A stretch of DNA of 64,000 bases from an uncultured Planctomycetales bacterium (lineage in GTDB: Bacteria > Omnitrophota > Gorgyraeia > Zapsychrales > Fredricksoniimonadaceae), in assembly GCA_964572155.1 (NCBI GenBank), contig CAZNDZ010000001.1, positions 974,290 through 1,038,289 of the forward strand. The letters run 5' to 3'. Positions within the stretch are counted from its first letter, which is position 1. Each line of letters starts with the position of its first letter. The position numbers and the translations under genes were made by a program. Below, piece after piece: positions 20,327-32,911 of this stretch. A model generated the notes under the pieces. The model worked only from the letters and a program-made list of their open reading frames with translations. It searched no databases and was not told the DNA's origin.

Positions 20327-20776
20327 ATGCCATCAACCACTGTGACCAGAGAGCAGCAGCGCTATGAACAGTATTTGCTTAAAGCCGGGTTAAAGTTTAG
20401 CCGCGGGCGGGTTGGTGTGTTTAAGGAAGCTATGGTAGCGCACGGTCATTTTACAGCAGAAGACATTGTGAAAGTATGTGGTTTGCATAAACCTAAGATT
20501 TCGCGAGCAACCGTGTATCGTACACTGCATGAAATGTTGGAAACAGGTGTTATTCGAGGAACAGCGTTTGGCGAAAAGCATCAAATTTTTGAGCATGTGT
20601 ATGATGAAAAACCGCACCATCATGCACGATGTATTCACTGCCATGAGCTCATAGAATTCAAAGATTTAGGCGAAGACAAACGATATCATCCCATTCTAGA
20701 GAACCAGGGTTTTAAAATATTAGGACATGAAATGCATTTTTATGGTGTATGTAAAAAGTGTCAGGAGGGACAATGA
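20327..20776 (+). CDS. Fur-family metal-responsive transcriptional regulator
   Basis: [15 protein letters not shown] and CKKC metal-binding motifs; start moved to the ATG at 20327 because the track start overlaps the upstream terminator; stop overlaps mntH start. Confidence 0.75.
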   Translation: MPSTTVTREQQRYEQYLLKAGLKFSRGRVGVFKEAMVAHGHFTAEDIVKVCGLHKPKISRATVYRTLHEMLETGVIRGTAFGEKHQIFEHVYDEKPHHHARCIHCHELIEFKDLGEDKRYHPILENQGFKILGHEMHFYGVCKKCQEGQ

Positions 20777-22104
20777 GAAAAGCTTGGCGTCAAGATGTGG
20801 GCCATCCAAGTCTAAGAGAGGTTTACGCTTCAGTGCCTATTGCATTAACAGCTAGCCCTTGGCGTAAAATGTTGGCATTTTTTGGTCCGGGTTTGATGGT
20901 GGCGGTTGGTTACATGGACCCGGGTAATTGGGCAACGGATTTAGCGGGTGGGGCACAATTTGGTTATGCGTTGCTATCTGTCATCTTGATTTCAAATTTC
21001 ATGGCCATCTTGTTGCAACATTTGTCCTTAAAACTTGGTATTGTAACTGGCCGTGATTTGGCTCAAGCTTGTCGAGATCATTATAGTCGTCCTGTGGCGT
21101 TTGTTTTATGGATATTATGTGAGATTGCGATTGCTGCCTGCGATTTGGCAGAAGTGATAGGTTCTGCGATTGCATTAAATCTTTTGTTTGGTATCCCGTT
21201 AGTTGTTGGTGTTGTGATAACGGCGTTAGATGTTTTTATTATTTTGTATTTACAAAATAAAGGCTTTAGGGTGCTTGAATGTATTGTAGGAGCTTTGATT
21301 TTTATCATTGGTGGGTGTTTTGCCTATGAAATGATTGTTTCTCATCCGTCGATGGCGGGCATCATGTCAGGATTAATCCCTCAAACGCAGATTATTACAA
21401 ATCCGGCTATGTTGTACATTGCCATTGGTATTTTAGGCGCAACGGTCATGCCACATAATTTGTACTTACACTCAAGTATTGTGCAAACCCGTGCATTTGA
21501 ACGCAACGATGATGGTAAGAAAATGGCTATTAAGTTTGCAACGATCGACTCTACGGTCGCGTTGTTGTGTGCTTTCTTTATCAATGCAGCAATTCTAATT
21601 CTAAGTGCTGCAGCCTTTCATGGGACAGAACATGCAGGGGTGGCAGATATCAATGATGCGTATAAATTATTAACACCGGTTCTAGGTGCGGGTTTAGCGA
21701 GTACATTATTTGCGGTGGCTTTATTGGCGTCAGGTCAGAACTCGACGCTGACAGGGACATTGGCAGGGCAAATTGTTATGGAGGGATTTTTAAATATACG
21801 CCTGCGTCCATGGATGCGCCGATTATTAACCCGATTAGTTGCCATTGTCCCAGCGGTCATTGTGGCGGCCATGTATGGTGAAAAAGGGGTGGGAAGTCTG
21901 CTTGTCTTAAGTCAGGTTATATTATCATTACAATTGAGTTTTGCGGTTATCCCGCTGGTTATGTTTACAAGCGATAAATTAAAGATGGGACAATTTGTAA
22001 ACCCGCGTTGGTTGCAATTGACGGCGTGGACGATTACCGTTATTATTGTTGGATTGAATTTGTATTTACTTTTTCAAACCTTTAAAGGGTGGCTTGGTCT
22101 TTAA
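20758..22104 (+). CDS. mntH: Nramp-family divalent metal (Mn2+/Fe2+) transporter
   Basis: [18 protein letters not shown] consensus Nramp motif; 11-12 TM helices. Confidence 0.85.
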   Translation: MSGGTMRKAWRQDVGHPSLREVYASVPIALTASPWRKMLAFFGPGLMVAVGYMDPGNWATDLAGGAQFGYALLSVILISNFMAILLQHLSLKLGIVTGRDLAQACRDHYSRPVAFVLWILCEIAIAACDLAEVIGSAIALNLLFGIPLVVGVVITALDVFIILYLQNKGFRVLECIVGALIFIIGGCFAYEMIVSHPSMAGIMSGLIPQTQIITNPAMLYIAIGILGATVMPHNLYLHSSIVQTRAFERNDDGKKMAIKFATIDSTVALLCAFFINAAILILSAAAFHGTEHAGVADINDAYKLLTPVLGAGLASTLFAVALLASGQNSTLTGTLAGQIVMEGFLNIRLRPWMRRLLTRLVAIVPAVIVAAMYGEKGVGSLLVLSQVILSLQLSFAVIPLVMFTSDKLKMGQFVNPRWLQLTAWTITVIIVGLNLYLLFQTFKGWLGL

Positions 22105-22546
22105 TATGTATAAAAAAATTTTAATCCCATTAGATAATTCATCGACTGACAAAGTTATTTTAGAGCACATTGTTCCTTTGGTTAAATTGACAGGTGCTCA
22201 AGTTATCTTGACGCATGTTGCCGATGGTTTTGGTGCGCGTCTTCAAGATCAGTTAAACTTGGCTGATTCACAAGAAATCAACGACGATCAAAAATATCTA
22301 AATGCTGTAAGTGAGCAAATGAATGCAAATCATATTCAGGCAAAAGCTGTGCTGTTACAAGGCAAAGAGCCAGCGGAGGCGATTCAATCGCTTGCAGAAC
22401 AAGAACATTGTGATTTGATTGCCATGGCCACCCATGGCCATGGTTTTGTAAAAGATGTTATTTTAGGGAGTGTTGCGGATCAATTGCGGCATAATACCAA
22501 TATTCCCATTTTAATGATTAAGGATCCAAATAATGAACATTCCTGA
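22094..22546 (+). CDS. universal stress protein (UspA family)
   Basis: 150 aa, C-terminal ATP-binding glycine-rich motif region (MATHGHG..GSVA). Confidence 0.7.
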   Translation: MVFNMYKKILIPLDNSSTDKVILEHIVPLVKLTGAQVILTHVADGFGARLQDQLNLADSQEINDDQKYLNAVSEQMNANHIQAKAVLLQGKEPAEAIQSLAEQEHCDLIAMATHGHGFVKDVILGSVADQLRHNTNIPILMIKDPNNEHS

Positions 22547-23375
22547 GTATTTGCCGCGCATGTTGGATTTTGCCAAGAAGGCAGGGGAAATTGCCTTGCG
22601 GTATCGTGATGACAGTGCTCCAGGGTTAAAGCCAGACCAAACCATCATTACAAAAGCAGATAAAGAAATTTCAGCGTTGTGTAAGATGATGTTTGCCGAT
22701 GTGATCGATGGCAAAGAGCATATCATGATCGACGAAGAAGATCCGCAAGTCGCAAGTTATTTAGATCAAAACACATTGAATAAGGCCACGTATGTGTGGT
22801 CTGTTGATCCGATTGATGGAACGCGTTTGTATGCCAATAAAATGCCAACCTTTGGCATTTCTTTGGGGGTATTAAAAGATCTAAAGCCGTGGCTTGGGGT
22901 TGTCTATTTTCCAGTCCTAAATGAATTGTTTGTGTCCGACGGTCAATATGCCTATTTTGTAACCCAGCCATTTACAGATCAAGAGAAGCGTCAATTGATT
23001 GTGCCGATCGATGAACAATTGTCGCCGCAGTCATTATTCTTTTGTAATGATACATTCTTCCGTAAATTTAATTGGGCTGATAAGGATTTTCATATCATGA
23101 TTCATGCTTGCGCGGTGGTTAATTTGTGTTGGCCAGCGATTGGACGTGGGGTCGGATGTTTTCTAAAATCTAGCCTTTGGGATTTTGCGGGGAGTTGGCC
23201 TATTATGAAGGCGGCGGGGATGGATTTTCGTCGTGTATCAGATGGAAAATTAATCGAACGTATTGAGGTGGGAATTTTTGCAGGGGGTAAGAAGCATTGG
23301 GAGCTTAATGATTATTACCTGATTTCATCAAAACGAAATTTTGACATCATCAAATCAAAGATAACGGGTCTATGA
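22533..23375 (+). CDS. inositol monophosphatase family protein
   Basis: WSVDPIDGT motif. Confidence 0.75.
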   Translation: MNIPEYLPRMLDFAKKAGEIALRYRDDSAPGLKPDQTIITKADKEISALCKMMFADVIDGKEHIMIDEEDPQVASYLDQNTLNKATYVWSVDPIDGTRLYANKMPTFGISLGVLKDLKPWLGVVYFPVLNELFVSDGQYAYFVTQPFTDQEKRQLIVPIDEQLSPQSLFFCNDTFFRKFNWADKDFHIMIHACAVVNLCWPAIGRGVGCFLKSSLWDFAGSWPIMKAAGMDFRRVSDGKLIERIEVGIFAGGKKHWELNDYYLISSKRNFDIIKSKITGL

Positions 23376-24130
23376 TACTCACCATTGATATTGGAAATAC
23401 CACAATTGCGCTTGCGCTCATGGATAAAATGCGGGTGAAATTTATGACCCGTTTGGATACAGGTTTGTCCAACCATCGATTAAAAACAGCTCTCGTTGAT
23501 GTGTTAAGTAAGATTAACCGTAAGCATGATTCCATTAAAGGGGTTGTTATATCCAGTGTTGTTCCAAATAAAACCAAGATAGTGGAGCAAGAATCTAGGA
23601 AAGTCTTAAAATTGAAACCAAAAGTGGTTGGTTTTGACTTATCCGTTCCTATGGTAAATCGATATAAGAATCCAAAGCAGGTGGGTCAAGATCGTTTGGT
23701 TGGCGCATATGCAGCCATGAAGCTTTATGGCAATCCTGTGATTGTCATTGATTTAGGGACGGCCATTACCTTTGATGTTGTCTCGCCAAAAAAGGAATAT
23801 TTAGGTGGGGTGATTGTCCCAGGGATTCGATTATCGGCGGAATCATTGTTTTTAAAGACCGCGATGTTGCCGAAAATTGATATCAAGGCTCCTAAGACGG
23901 TGATTGGCCGCACGACGGAAGAAAGCATTTTAAGTGGTTTATTTTATGGGTACGGATCATTATGCCAAGGCTTTATTGAGCTTATTGCTAAGCAAATTGG
24001 TGGGCATCCAAAGGTGGTTATGACCGGCGGGCACACCCACTTGATGAAGAAGTTTGTTGCCTCGAAAATCCGCATCATCGACGACCACCTTGTTCATAAG
24101 GGAATGGCACTGTTAGCCCTTGAGTGCTAA
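23372..24130 (+). CDS. coaX: type III pantothenate kinase
   Basis: LTIDIGNTTIALAL N-terminal ASKHA motif; 252 aa. Confidence 0.85.
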   Translation: MILTIDIGNTTIALALMDKMRVKFMTRLDTGLSNHRLKTALVDVLSKINRKHDSIKGVVISSVVPNKTKIVEQESRKVLKLKPKVVGFDLSVPMVNRYKNPKQVGQDRLVGAYAAMKLYGNPVIVIDLGTAITFDVVSPKKEYLGGVIVPGIRLSAESLFLKTAMLPKIDIKAPKTVIGRTTEESILSGLFYGYGSLCQGFIELIAKQIGGHPKVVMTGGHTHLMKKFVASKIRIIDDHLVHKGMALLALEC

Positions 24131-24138
24131 AAATTTTC

Positions 24139-24166
24139 TTGACAAAAAAATAAGCTTTGTTATATT
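24139..24166 (+). promoter_or_regulatory. sigma70-type promoter of groES-groEL
   Basis: TTGACA -16 nt- TATATT. Confidence 0.6.
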
Positions 24167-24191
24167 AGCACTCTGTAAATTGCTCTGCTAA
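24165..24191 (+). promoter_or_regulatory. CIRCE-like HrcA operator (degenerate right half)
   Basis: TTAGCACTC-N9-CTCTGCTAA overlapping the -10; a perfect GAGTGCTAA half-site also lies at 24122..24130 in the coaX stop codon. Confidence 0.45.
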
Positions 24192-24245
24192 ATTTTTAAA
24201 TCAGATTTTTCGTGTAACAACCATATAAATTCAAAGGAGAAGCAT

Positions 24246-24536
24246 ATGGCAATTCAACCGTTAGGCGACCGCATTGTGGTCAAAGTACTCGAAGCAAAAG
24301 AAGTCACCAAGGGTGGGATCTTACTTCCTGAAACTGCAAAAGAAAAGCCTCAAGAAGCCAAGGTTATCGCTGTTGGCAAAGGCCGTGTTAAAGAAAATGG
24401 CCAATTGATCCCCTTAGAAGTTAAGGTTGGCGATCGCGTGCTTTATGGTAAATACAGCGGCACCGAAATTACCTCCAGCGAAGGTGAAGAGCTTTTGATC
24501 ATGAAAGAAGAAGACATTTTAGCGATTGTAAAATAA
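24246..24536 (+). CDS. groES: co-chaperonin GroES
   Basis: 96 aa, canonical GroES sequence; SD AAGGAGAAG. Confidence 0.95.
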   Translation: MAIQPLGDRIVVKVLEAKEVTKGGILLPETAKEKPQEAKVIAVGKGRVKENGQLIPLEVKVGDRVLYGKYSGTEITSSEGEELLIMKEEDILAIVK

Positions 24537-24546
24537 TTCTAAATAG

Positions 24547-26211
<1,665 letters not shown>

Positions 26212-26214
26212 TAA

Positions 26215-26235
26215 AAAGGTGTCTGTCACCTTTTT
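26215..26235 (+). terminator. Rho-independent terminator (first of tandem pair)
   Basis: AAAGGTG-TCTGT-CACCTTT + TT. Confidence 0.6.
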
Positions 26236-26241
26236 AATTCA

Positions 26242-26270
26242 AGAGGGTGCTTTACAGCACCCTCTTTTGT
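26242..26270 (+). terminator. Rho-independent terminator (second of tandem pair)
   Basis: AGAGGGTGC-TTTACA-GCACCCTCT + TTTGTTTG. Confidence 0.65.
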
Positions 26271-26286
26271 TTGTATAATACCGTCG

Positions 26287-26967
26287 ATGAAAAAACTTTA
26301 TATTGTCCTCATAGTTATTGTTATCACCATTGTTGGATTAAGCTTCGTAAAAAATTTCTTAATCAAATCAACCGTTGAATTTGGAGCCACTCAAGTTCTA
26401 GGAGCCCCTGTTCATATTGGAAGCATGTCAGTCGGTCTTTTTAGTCAGACCGCTGATATCAAAGCATTAACTGTTCAAAATCCAGCGGGTTTTCCCGATG
26501 GTGAATTATTAAATATCACCCATGTTCGTGTTGACTATGATTTAGCACAGGTGCTTAAAGGCAATATTCATCTGCGCGCATTGGTGCTTAATTTAAAAGA
26601 AATGAATTTGATCAAAGATAAGAATGGTAAGTTGAATGTCAATGCGTTAAAGATTGCGGAGAACAAAGACCCCAATGCTAAGGTGCCACCATTTACCATT
26701 GATACGCTGGTCTTAGATTTAGGTAAAGTGCATTATTGGGATTATAGCTTTGTTCCGCCAGGTCATCATGAGTATGATATCAATATCCATGATAAAACAT
26801 ATCATGATATCAAAAGCGCAGAGAAATTTGCAGCGCTGGTCATGATGGAATCATTGACACCGACGAAGGTTAAAAGTTTGGTCAATTTTGGATTTAATAC
26901 GGTCGACAAAGTCTTTGGTACGGTCAAAGACGCCGGTTCATTAATTAAGGGTTTAATTAAACCATGA
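26287..26967 (+). CDS. membrane-anchored hypothetical protein
   Basis: 226 aa; N-terminal TM helix. Confidence 0.4.
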   Translation: MKKLYIVLIVIVITIVGLSFVKNFLIKSTVEFGATQVLGAPVHIGSMSVGLFSQTADIKALTVQNPAGFPDGELLNITHVRVDYDLAQVLKGNIHLRALVLNLKEMNLIKDKNGKLNVNALKIAENKDPNAKVPPFTIDTLVLDLGKVHYWDYSFVPPGHHEYDINIHDKTYHDIKSAEKFAALVMMESLTPTKVKSLVNFGFNTVDKVFGTVKDAGSLIKGLIKP

Positions 26968-27524
26968 TGATAGAAGAGAGTAGCGACATGACAGAACATA
27001 AGATTAGAACATTTTTTGCAGCCATCGTTTGTGCCTTTACCATTTTGGGGGTTTCTAGTTGCGCATTATTTCCCTTAAGTTCAAAACCAGAAGCAAAAAA
27101 AGCCGACGTGCCTGCAGCTGTAGTAAAAAAGGAAGAAGCGCCCGCACCTGCTGCGGTTGCTAAAGTTGAGGCACCAAAGAAGGAAGAAGTAAAAGAAGCA
27201 GCTGCGCCTCTTGTGGCTGAAGTTAAAGAGGATAAAGAAGAAGTAGCTAAATCTGATGATGCAACAGTGTTGAATAATAGCGCTAATGCCGTTTGGTTAG
27301 CTTCTTTAAAAGCAATTAAACAAATCGGATTGATTAGCAAACAAGAATTATTAGCCCGTCATATTCAAGCACGTGTGCGTGGTGCAGATGTACATATCAC
27401 AATTGAGAAACTTGGAGCCCAAAGTGTCCGTTTAACCGTTAAAGCCACCCGTGAATCCGGCAATGACGCGGACCTAAGTGCTGAAATATTTAATAAAATT
27501 AAGGACTTAGCCAAGGTTTTCTAG
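26964..27524 (+). CDS. hypothetical exported protein with Ala/Lys/Glu/Pro low-complexity linker
   Basis: 186 aa; N-terminal hydrophobic segment with ...GVSSC lipobox-like cysteine; AKKEEAP-type repeats. Confidence 0.4.
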   Translation: MMIEESSDMTEHKIRTFFAAIVCAFTILGVSSCALFPLSSKPEAKKADVPAAVVKKEEAPAPAAVAKVEAPKKEEVKEAAAPLVAEVKEDKEEVAKSDDATVLNNSANAVWLASLKAIKQIGLISKQELLARHIQARVRGADVHITIEKLGAQSVRLTVKATRESGNDADLSAEIFNKIKDLAKVF

Positions 27525-27527
27525 GGT

Positions 27528-29195
<1,668 letters not shown>

Positions 29196-29202
29196 TTTGG
29201 AC

Positions 29203-29292
29203 GGAGAGGTGGCCGAGTGGTTGAAGGCGCACGCCTGGAAAGCGTGTGGACGTGAAAGCGTCTCGAGAGTTCGAATCTCTCCTTCTCCGCCA
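29203..29292 (+). tRNA. tRNA-Ser (anticodon GGA)
   Basis: GGAGAGG..CTTCTCC acceptor, long variable arm, anticodon loop CTGGAAA, GTTCGAATC T-loop, GCCA end; 7 nt after ABC-F stop. Confidence 0.85.
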
Positions 29293-29303
29293 GATTTTTC
29301 TCT

Positions 29304-29398
29304 AAGCGTTAGTTCACCAACCTGAAGGAGGGGAACTAACGCAATACTAGAGAAAAATCAAGGATGCCTGTGAGCCAACAGGCGAGTAGGCGCCGCCA
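29304..29398 (+). ncRNA. conserved structured element (copy 1): hairpin + conserved 3' module ending GGCGCCGCCA
   Basis: ~85% identical to 57674..57769 in the 3' 60 nt; 5' hairpin GCGTTAGTTC/GAACTAACGC covaries with the GCGATGAACTTTT/AAAAGTTTATCGC stem in copy 2. Confidence 0.45.
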
Positions 29399-29420
29399 GT
29401 CCCCGCACAGAGCATGGACA

Positions 29421-29438
29421 GACGAGTCGGCGCCGCCA
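29421..29438 (+). repeat. partial tandem reiteration of the element 3' motif (GACGAGTCGGCGCCGCCA)
   Basis: Near-duplicate of GGCGAGTAGGCGCCGCCA 23 nt downstream of copy 1. Confidence 0.4.
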
Positions 29439-29599
29439 GCCACGGATTAAGTCCCGCGCAAATACATTCATCATTTTTCCCTCTTAATAAATCATCTCCA
29501 ATTCTTTTACACACATCTATACTTTCTTAAAAAGTTAGTTATAGTAATAAATGGTATGGTTTTCATAAGATCAAAGATTTTAAGAAATAATAGAAAATT

Positions 29600-31672
29600 A
29601 TGACAAAACATTTTTGGCCCAAGCGATTTATGACTTGGCGGGATTTGATTATTACACCCGCAATTGAAGGGCTACTTTTTTTTATTTCTATCAAAGCTGG
29701 GCTTTATACCTATCGACAACGTCCTGATTTGTTTTTGGCTTTTATTGTTTCGTATGCAACGTTAATTTTCGGGACTGTCGTGGTATTGATAATTCTTCGC
29801 AGAATCGCTCCCGTGCGTGAAGGAAAATTTTCTCGTGAAGAGGAGCCGGGACGATTTTATGTTTGGAAACTGCATCAGTTTCTATCGCTGATTAATCTGT
29901 ACATTCACTATCAAAATAGTCTCTTACCGCCGCCAATTCGAAAATTTTTTAGCCGTCTTTTGGGAGCTAAAATGGGAAAAGGTTTGATTTCCATTGGTGG
30001 GCTGATGATAGATCCTTACCTTATTGAAGTTCAAGAAAATGCCATGATAGGGCGTGATGTTCTGATTTTGCCTTCAATATTAGATCAAAAAGAGCTCACG
30101 TTACGCCGCATTGTAGTTAAATCCGGGGCTGTTATAGGAGCGCGGTCCGTGCTTTTGCCAGGGGTCACGGTAGGAAAAAGTGCAATGGTAAAAGCAATGT
30201 CGTTAGTACCTGAGGGAACTGTCATTGGAGATTACGAAATTTGGGGAGGCATTCCAGCCCAAAAGATGGGTGAAATTCCAAGACCAGAAACTCCTGCAGA
30301 GCCAAGATTTGGGGCATGGCGGGACATGGTGATTAGTCCTTTGGTTGAACTGTTTTTATTAACGCTTTCAGGCTGGGGAGCATGGTGTGTGGTTAGTAAG
30401 TACGGTGGAGGACTTTTTGTAGCCATGCTTGCAGGGTATATATTCTTGGTAGCATCGACGATCATTTTTATTCGGATTTTGCAGGCAATTTATCCTTTTC
30501 GATCAGGAACCTTTTCTTTTGAAAAGCAACCTGAAGTTTGTTATTTATGGAATTTAAAAGAATTCTTATGCATTATGAATCTCTTTATCCATTACCAAAA
30601 TGGTCTTGTACCGTCTTCACTACAAAAGTTGTTTATGTGGCTTTTAGGAATGCCCTGGAAAACAAGAAACGGCTTACTCTCAGCGAGTGGGGTCATTACT
30701 GATCCGAGTCTTGTTGAATTAGAAGAGGGAGTTATTCTTCATCATGACGCTTTTCTTTTACCTCATGCGGTAGCAGTAGATTCCTTGGTGTTAAAAAAAA
30801 TTAGCATTAAACGCGGCGCTTTAATTGGTGCCCGTGCTATGATCATGCCTGGAGTGACGGTGGGTGAATACGCCCAGGTGTTACCGATGTCATTGGTTAC
30901 GATGGACAAAACGATTCCTTCTTACGAAATATGGGGCGGAGTTCCTGCCCGCAAAGTGGGAGAAGTTCCTCGGATGTCCAGAGAAGTCGAAGGATCCTAT
31001 AGTACAACAAATATTTGGGATCGGGTGATAACAATCGGCGTCGAAATCTTTTTAGGATTTCTGGCATGGCAGGGTATGAAGATTGTGGAAAAATTTCTTA
31101 CTCTTGACCTCTTTGGAAAAATATTAGTTCTTTATCTTCTTTTTAGTTTGGCAACTATTGTTGTACTGATGTTTATTCGAACCATTTTTCCTTTTTGGCA
31201 AGGAGTTTATCGACAAAAGGAATATCCTGCTATTTTTACAATATGGCGTTTGCACGCCTTCTTGTGTATAACCAACTTGTTTTTGTTTTATCAAAATGGG
31301 CTTTTGCCGCCTCCCTTGCGGAAATTTTTCATTATGCTCCTTGGAGCTCGGGTTAGGTTAAACGATGTGTTATCTATCGGAGGCATCGTCGCAGATCCTT
31401 ATTTCTTCTCGATTGACGACAATGCTATGATCTTAACCGATGTTTTGATTATGCCGGTTTGCATAGGTCAAGGTGAAATCCGATTGAAGAAAATTGAGTT
31501 ACGAGAAAGAGCTATTGTTTGTGAACGCGTTATACTCATGCCAGGGGTCAGGGTAGGGGAAGGGGCATATGTTATGCCAATGTCCTGGGTCCAGGAAGAT
31601 ACCAAAATTGGCCCTGGCGAAATTTGGGCAGGAATTCCCGCCCAAAAGGTTGGTATGGTTAATGAAAGCTAG
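29600..31672 (+). CDS. triplicated transmembrane hexapeptide-repeat (left-handed beta-helix) transferase-like protein; resembles the tandem C-terminal domains of Pls-type NRPS-like polymerases
   Basis: 690 aa made of three ~230-aa homologous units, each with 2 TM helices, an NL(Y/F)IHYQN(G/S)L(L/V)PxxxxK(F/L)F..LLG block, a GAR..PGV.VG hexapeptide block and a terminal EIWGG(I/V)PA(Q/R)K(V/M)G motif. Confidence 0.6.
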   Translation: MTKHFWPKRFMTWRDLIITPAIEGLLFFISIKAGLYTYRQRPDLFLAFIVSYATLIFGTVVVLIILRRIAPVREGKFSREEEPGRFYVWKLHQFLSLINLYIHYQNSLLPPPIRKFFSRLLGAKMGKGLISIGGLMIDPYLIEVQENAMIGRDVLILPSILDQKELTLRRIVVKSGAVIGARSVLLPGVTVGKSAMVKAMSLVPEGTVIGDYEIWGGIPAQKMGEIPRPETPAEPRFGAWRDMVISPLVELFLLTLSGWGAWCVVSKYGGGLFVAMLAGYIFLVASTIIFIRILQAIYPFRSGTFSFEKQPEVCYLWNLKEFLCIMNLFIHYQNGLVPSSLQKLFMWLLGMPWKTRNGLLSASGVITDPSLVELEEGVILHHDAFLLPHAVAVDSLVLKKISIKRGALIGARAMIMPGVTVGEYAQVLPMSLVTMDKTIPSYEIWGGVPARKVGEVPRMSREVEGSYSTTNIWDRVITIGVEIFLGFLAWQGMKIVEKFLTLDLFGKILVLYLLFSLATIVVLMFIRTIFPFWQGVYRQKEYPAIFTIWRLHAFLCITNLFLFYQNGLLPPPLRKFFIMLLGARVRLNDVLSIGGIVADPYFFSIDDNAMILTDVLIMPVCIGQGEIRLKKIELRERAIVCERVILMPGVRVGEGAYVMPMSWVQEDTKIGPGEIWAGIPAQKVGMVNES

Positions 31673-31683
31673 TTATATAATTC

Positions 31684-32910
31684 ATGACTCGAAAAAAACG
31701 CATATTATTTATTGGTGAAGGTGGCAGTCTGGCGCATATTGTGAGGCCTTTGGTTTTGGCTAAGCTTTTGGATCCAGAGCGGTTTGAAATTTCTTTTGCC
31801 TGCGCCCTGTGGTATAAATGGTTGCTAGATCATAGTGGCTTTCAATATTTTCCTTTGCCAACAATGACGCGAGATGACTTTCGTGATCATTTGAGTGCAG
31901 GACAGCCGCTCTATAATCGTGCGACATTAGAAGAGTATGTTGCGGCAGAATTAGATTTATTTAAAAAACTTTCGCCGGACTTAATTGTTGGTGATTTTCG
32001 AATTTCTCTTGGGGTATCAACCCAGTTAACCAAAATACCATACGCGGCTATTTCGAATGCGTTTTGGAGTCCTAATTCGACGTTAAAGAAGATTGTACCA
32101 GATTTAGGTTTTCTGAAATTTACAGGCAGAGAACTTGGACAACTTATTTTTGATCTGGCATATCCAATTGCAGCAACAACAACTCATAGCCATGGTTTTA
32201 ATGCGGTACGCAAATCATATGGGCTTGAACCCTTTAAAAGGCTGGAAGAAATATATACATTCGCGGATTGGACGCTATATACCGATATCCCAAGTTTGGC
32301 TCCAACTAAGGTTTTAGGAGAAGGCGAGCAGTACATGGGGCCGATCTTGGATATGCCTCAAATTGAGCAGCCGACATGGTGGCAACAGTGGCCTAAAGAC
32401 AAACCCATTGTTTATGTTGGTTTAGGATCAACTGGAAATATTACGCTCATGGAGAATATCATTGAAGCGTTATCGCAAATGGACGTAACTGTTTTATTAG
32501 CCACGGCGCAGCGGGTGAATCGCAAAGAATGGCCCAGTAATTTTTTTGTAGCTCCTTATATCTCAGGGCTTGAAGCATCAGCACAATCACAACTTATTTT
32601 ATATAACGGTGGCTCAGGGAGTGTTTATCAGGCTTTGTCCTGTGGGCGTCCTGTTTTAGGCTTTCCGACGAATATGGACCAATTTTTATGTATGTCCTTG
32701 ATTGAAACAAAAATGGCTGGTAAGAAAATTATTGGCACTTCAGCCAATGTGAATAACATTAAAGCCAATGTTGCAGAAATTTTATCTAATCCAGGGTATA
32801 GTCAAGGTGCGCAAGCTTTAGCGCAGGAAATAAAGCAATATAAAGTGGAAGAAAATTTCCCCAAGTTTATTGATGCTTGGGATAAAGGCATTCTCAAACG
32901 GAGATCCTAA
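31684..32910 (+). CDS. MGT-family (UDP-glycosyltransferase/macrolide-GT-like, GT1) glycosyltransferase
   Basis: 408 aa; N-terminal ILFIGEGGSLAHIVRPL acceptor-domain start, C-terminal LILYNGGSGSVYQALSCGRP..G.P donor-binding signature. Confidence 0.75.
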   Translation: MTRKKRILFIGEGGSLAHIVRPLVLAKLLDPERFEISFACALWYKWLLDHSGFQYFPLPTMTRDDFRDHLSAGQPLYNRATLEEYVAAELDLFKKLSPDLIVGDFRISLGVSTQLTKIPYAAISNAFWSPNSTLKKIVPDLGFLKFTGRELGQLIFDLAYPIAATTTHSHGFNAVRKSYGLEPFKRLEEIYTFADWTLYTDIPSLAPTKVLGEGEQYMGPILDMPQIEQPTWWQQWPKDKPIVYVGLGSTGNITLMENIIEALSQMDVTVLLATAQRVNRKEWPSNFFVAPYISGLEASAQSQLILYNGGSGSVYQALSCGRPVLGFPTNMDQFLCMSLIETKMAGKKIIGTSANVNNIKANVAEILSNPGYSQGAQALAQEIKQYKVEENFPKFIDAWDKGILKRRS

Positions 32911-32911
32911 T

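Noticed and set aside
29304-29398. Repeat element as tmRNA, SRP RNA or group II intron domain V
   Set aside because: No tRNA-like acceptor/T-arm pairing for tmRNA. The SRP helix-8 motif (AGGAAGCAGCCA) and the intron D5 consensus are not matched.
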